DNA of 63,405 bases, the filler included, from Choristocarpus tenellus KU-1152 (taxonomy: Eukaryota > Protista > Phaeophyceae), in assembly GCA_964200185.2 (NCBI GenBank). It is 8 parts of 8 records of this genome, joined end to end, with 100 filler letters (N's around TTAATTAATTAA, not from the genome) between each part and the next. Parts side by side here need not be neighbours in the genome. Positions count along the whole stretch, not along the records: positions 60,590 to 63,405 come from CAXNAD020024506.1; 7 more parts are not named here. The stretch is one strand, 5' to 3'. Below are positions 61,461 through 63,405 of this stretch, piece after piece. Position numbers and translations under genes: made by a program. The notes below the pieces were generated by a model that saw only the letters and a list, made by a program, of their open reading frames with translations, searched no databases and was not told the origin of the DNA. Within the stretch, counting starts at the first letter, position 1. Every line of letters begins with the position of its first letter.

Positions 61461-62937
61461 TGGCCACCCATCTGCAGAAGGATGTGCGATGTACTGATGG
61501 GACATCCCAAAAAACATCAAGGATACTTGAATGACAGCCACATTGCCCCTTGTGTAACTGTAAAAGGCCCATGCAATCTGGTTGTCATACCCCTCAGATG
61601 ACGGATAATGGTGATTCGGGAAATTCCGAAGTCCTCCACGATGGCCACCGCCATCCCCTGAAGCATCCGAGTCTCGCACCTTCTTACATCCAGGCATCAC
61701 ACCCCTACACGGTTCTTCATCAGGTTGTTTGAGTCTGGACTCTGGACAGACTTTCTGGGCTGAATAATTGATGCCGGTGGGCGACGACAGGATGAGCAAG
61801 TCACTCAAATGAGGGGGACTTTCATCCTAGGCATCCCAATAAGCACCCACTTTAACAGTTTCATGAGTTTTTGAACACTGTCGAATGTGACTTGGTCAAC
61901 TTTGCACTGGTGATCCTCCACAGTCATGACAGCCCACCATCTCAAACTTTGCACGCCTACCAACCTATATGATAACTAAGCCTCGTCCAGAGGGTTTATC
62001 ACGTGGGTTGTTCCTGTACTAGAACGGACCTTGGAAAAGTAGTGTTACACTTATATCCGAACGGTGGATTTACTATTACACCCACTGACATTTGGCAGAT
62101 GTCGTCATGAACAAGTGGGGAAGAAAAGAGAGAGCAAAAAACTGTTTTCTACTGTTACTATTTCTTCTCAACATTAGTCTGGGAATTATCCCACCTCGTT
62201 GTCAAAGGCAACATCACACGCACTCCACTACAGTACTTCTCATTATATGCTCCTATAAACTACACCTTCGAAGTACTGACCAACTGCTGCTCAACTAATT
62301 GTACGGCCTCCATTCTTGCTTGGTTCTCGCACATTGTTCAGCACTCTCACCCCTCGCTGCTCTGCCTTGTCCAATCAATCTTTTGCTGGACCCGGCTTGA
62401 AGTTTCCACCTCGATCTTGTTTGAGCATTGTTGTGGTGTAGCCACAGACAGGATAGTGGTCCGGGCGGTTTCGAGGTTCCAGGCATCACGTGGAATAATC
62501 TGTTGCTTCACTCGACCTCATCAGGTTGAGATCGTCGAGATTATACTGTCCCCATTTGACAAACAATTGTAAAACACCTCTAAGGCTCAACTTCTAAGCG
62601 GCACTCTGCAGCTGCTAGGACTACCTCGCTGAAAAAAAAAAAAACACCTCCGTGAACACCAGAATCCTGATCTTTTCCAATGCACACCACACATGGTGTT
62701 GATAGATTGTGATGAGACCTTTACTACTGACGAAGTGTTGCATTGCATAACCCTAACCCTTAAACCAAGTTCTTGGGGTTGTGAACTGAAAGAAGTTCCG
62801 ACTGCGATTAAATCAGCTACAGCAAAATAAATAAATATATATATATATATATATATATTAACCGATTTGAACTGTCAAGACATGAGGTGATGCACGGGAA
62901 ATAAATTTGGGTAGCTGAGTAGGGCATTGAGCCACTA

Positions 62938-63131
62938 AGACACAAAAGTATCTGAAGGGGGGGGGGTGGCGGCTGTCCATTTGGGGTCAATTTTTTTCAT
63001 GTCGAGATTTTCGTGTGATTTGGTTGTTGCATACATCAGATGGATAATGTAGATGAACTTTTCCTTATTATTTTTTGTCCAAATGGACACCCTGGTGTAG
63101 AACCCCCCCCCCCACCAGATACTTTGGGTCT
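62938..63131 (+). mobile_element. MITE subfamily A, full length
   Basis: TIRs AGACACAAAAGTATCTG / CAGATACTTTGGGTCT with CTA...CTA flanks. Confidence 0.85.
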
Positions 63132-63329
63132 CTAACCAAAACGCCTCCACACGAAGAGTAGCGAAACATGTAGTGAGTTGCGGGTAGAGACACATTGCAA
63201 CAAATATGTGGTTCTTTGGTGACATCGGACACGTTCAGAGTAGTCACACTTCTGGTTGTATTGTAATTGTAATTGAAAAAAAAAAATCTCCCAACAAAAA
63301 TACCTCTTCCGTTCAGTCGTTCGGTGACC

Positions 63330-63405
63330 ATAAACATTTAAGAGGGTAGCAGGAGTTTTTTTTGCCCCGATTGTCCGTTTTTTGGGGCTTGGCTTTCCAC
63401 TTTTT
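63330..63405 (-). mobile_element. MITE subfamily B end, reverse orientation
   Basis: The reverse complement GGAAAGCCAAGCCCCAAA..GGACAA..GGGCAAAA..CTC..TACCCTCT matches 38101-38150. Confidence 0.6.

Overview
This is intron-rich eukaryotic nuclear DNA, most likely from a photosynthetic stramenopile such as a brown alga or relative. That assignment is inferred from heterokont-type signal+F presequences and TTAGGG units. The window is 8 sequence blocks joined by 7 identical artificial 100-nt linkers (44N-TTAATTAATTAA-44N), so adjacency across linkers is not trustworthy. Manual splicing gives 8 genes: the 3' end of a SERBP1/Stm1-like protein, RNase H2 subunit C, a probably plastid-targeted AlkB dioxygenase head-to-head with a signal-peptide-bearing GT41 (SPINDLY/OGT-like) glycosyltransferase, an HMG-box + histone-fold fusion (3' truncated), the 3' half of an RH22-like DEAD-box helicase, a tafazzin-like acyltransferase and a DUF2993/LmeA-like protein. 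The remainder is decayed TEs (LINE ends, a Gypsy gag-protease relic with LTRs, a plant-type mariner transposase) and two MITE subfamilies sharing a CAAAGTATCT terminal core. The most notable observations are 4 protein-supported GC-AG introns out of about 38 donors, the HMG/histone-fold fusion, and the AlkB/GT41 pair. No CRISPR array, rRNA or intact tRNA was seen. Gene models are hand-derived from motifs and splice phases, without RNA-seq or database searches.
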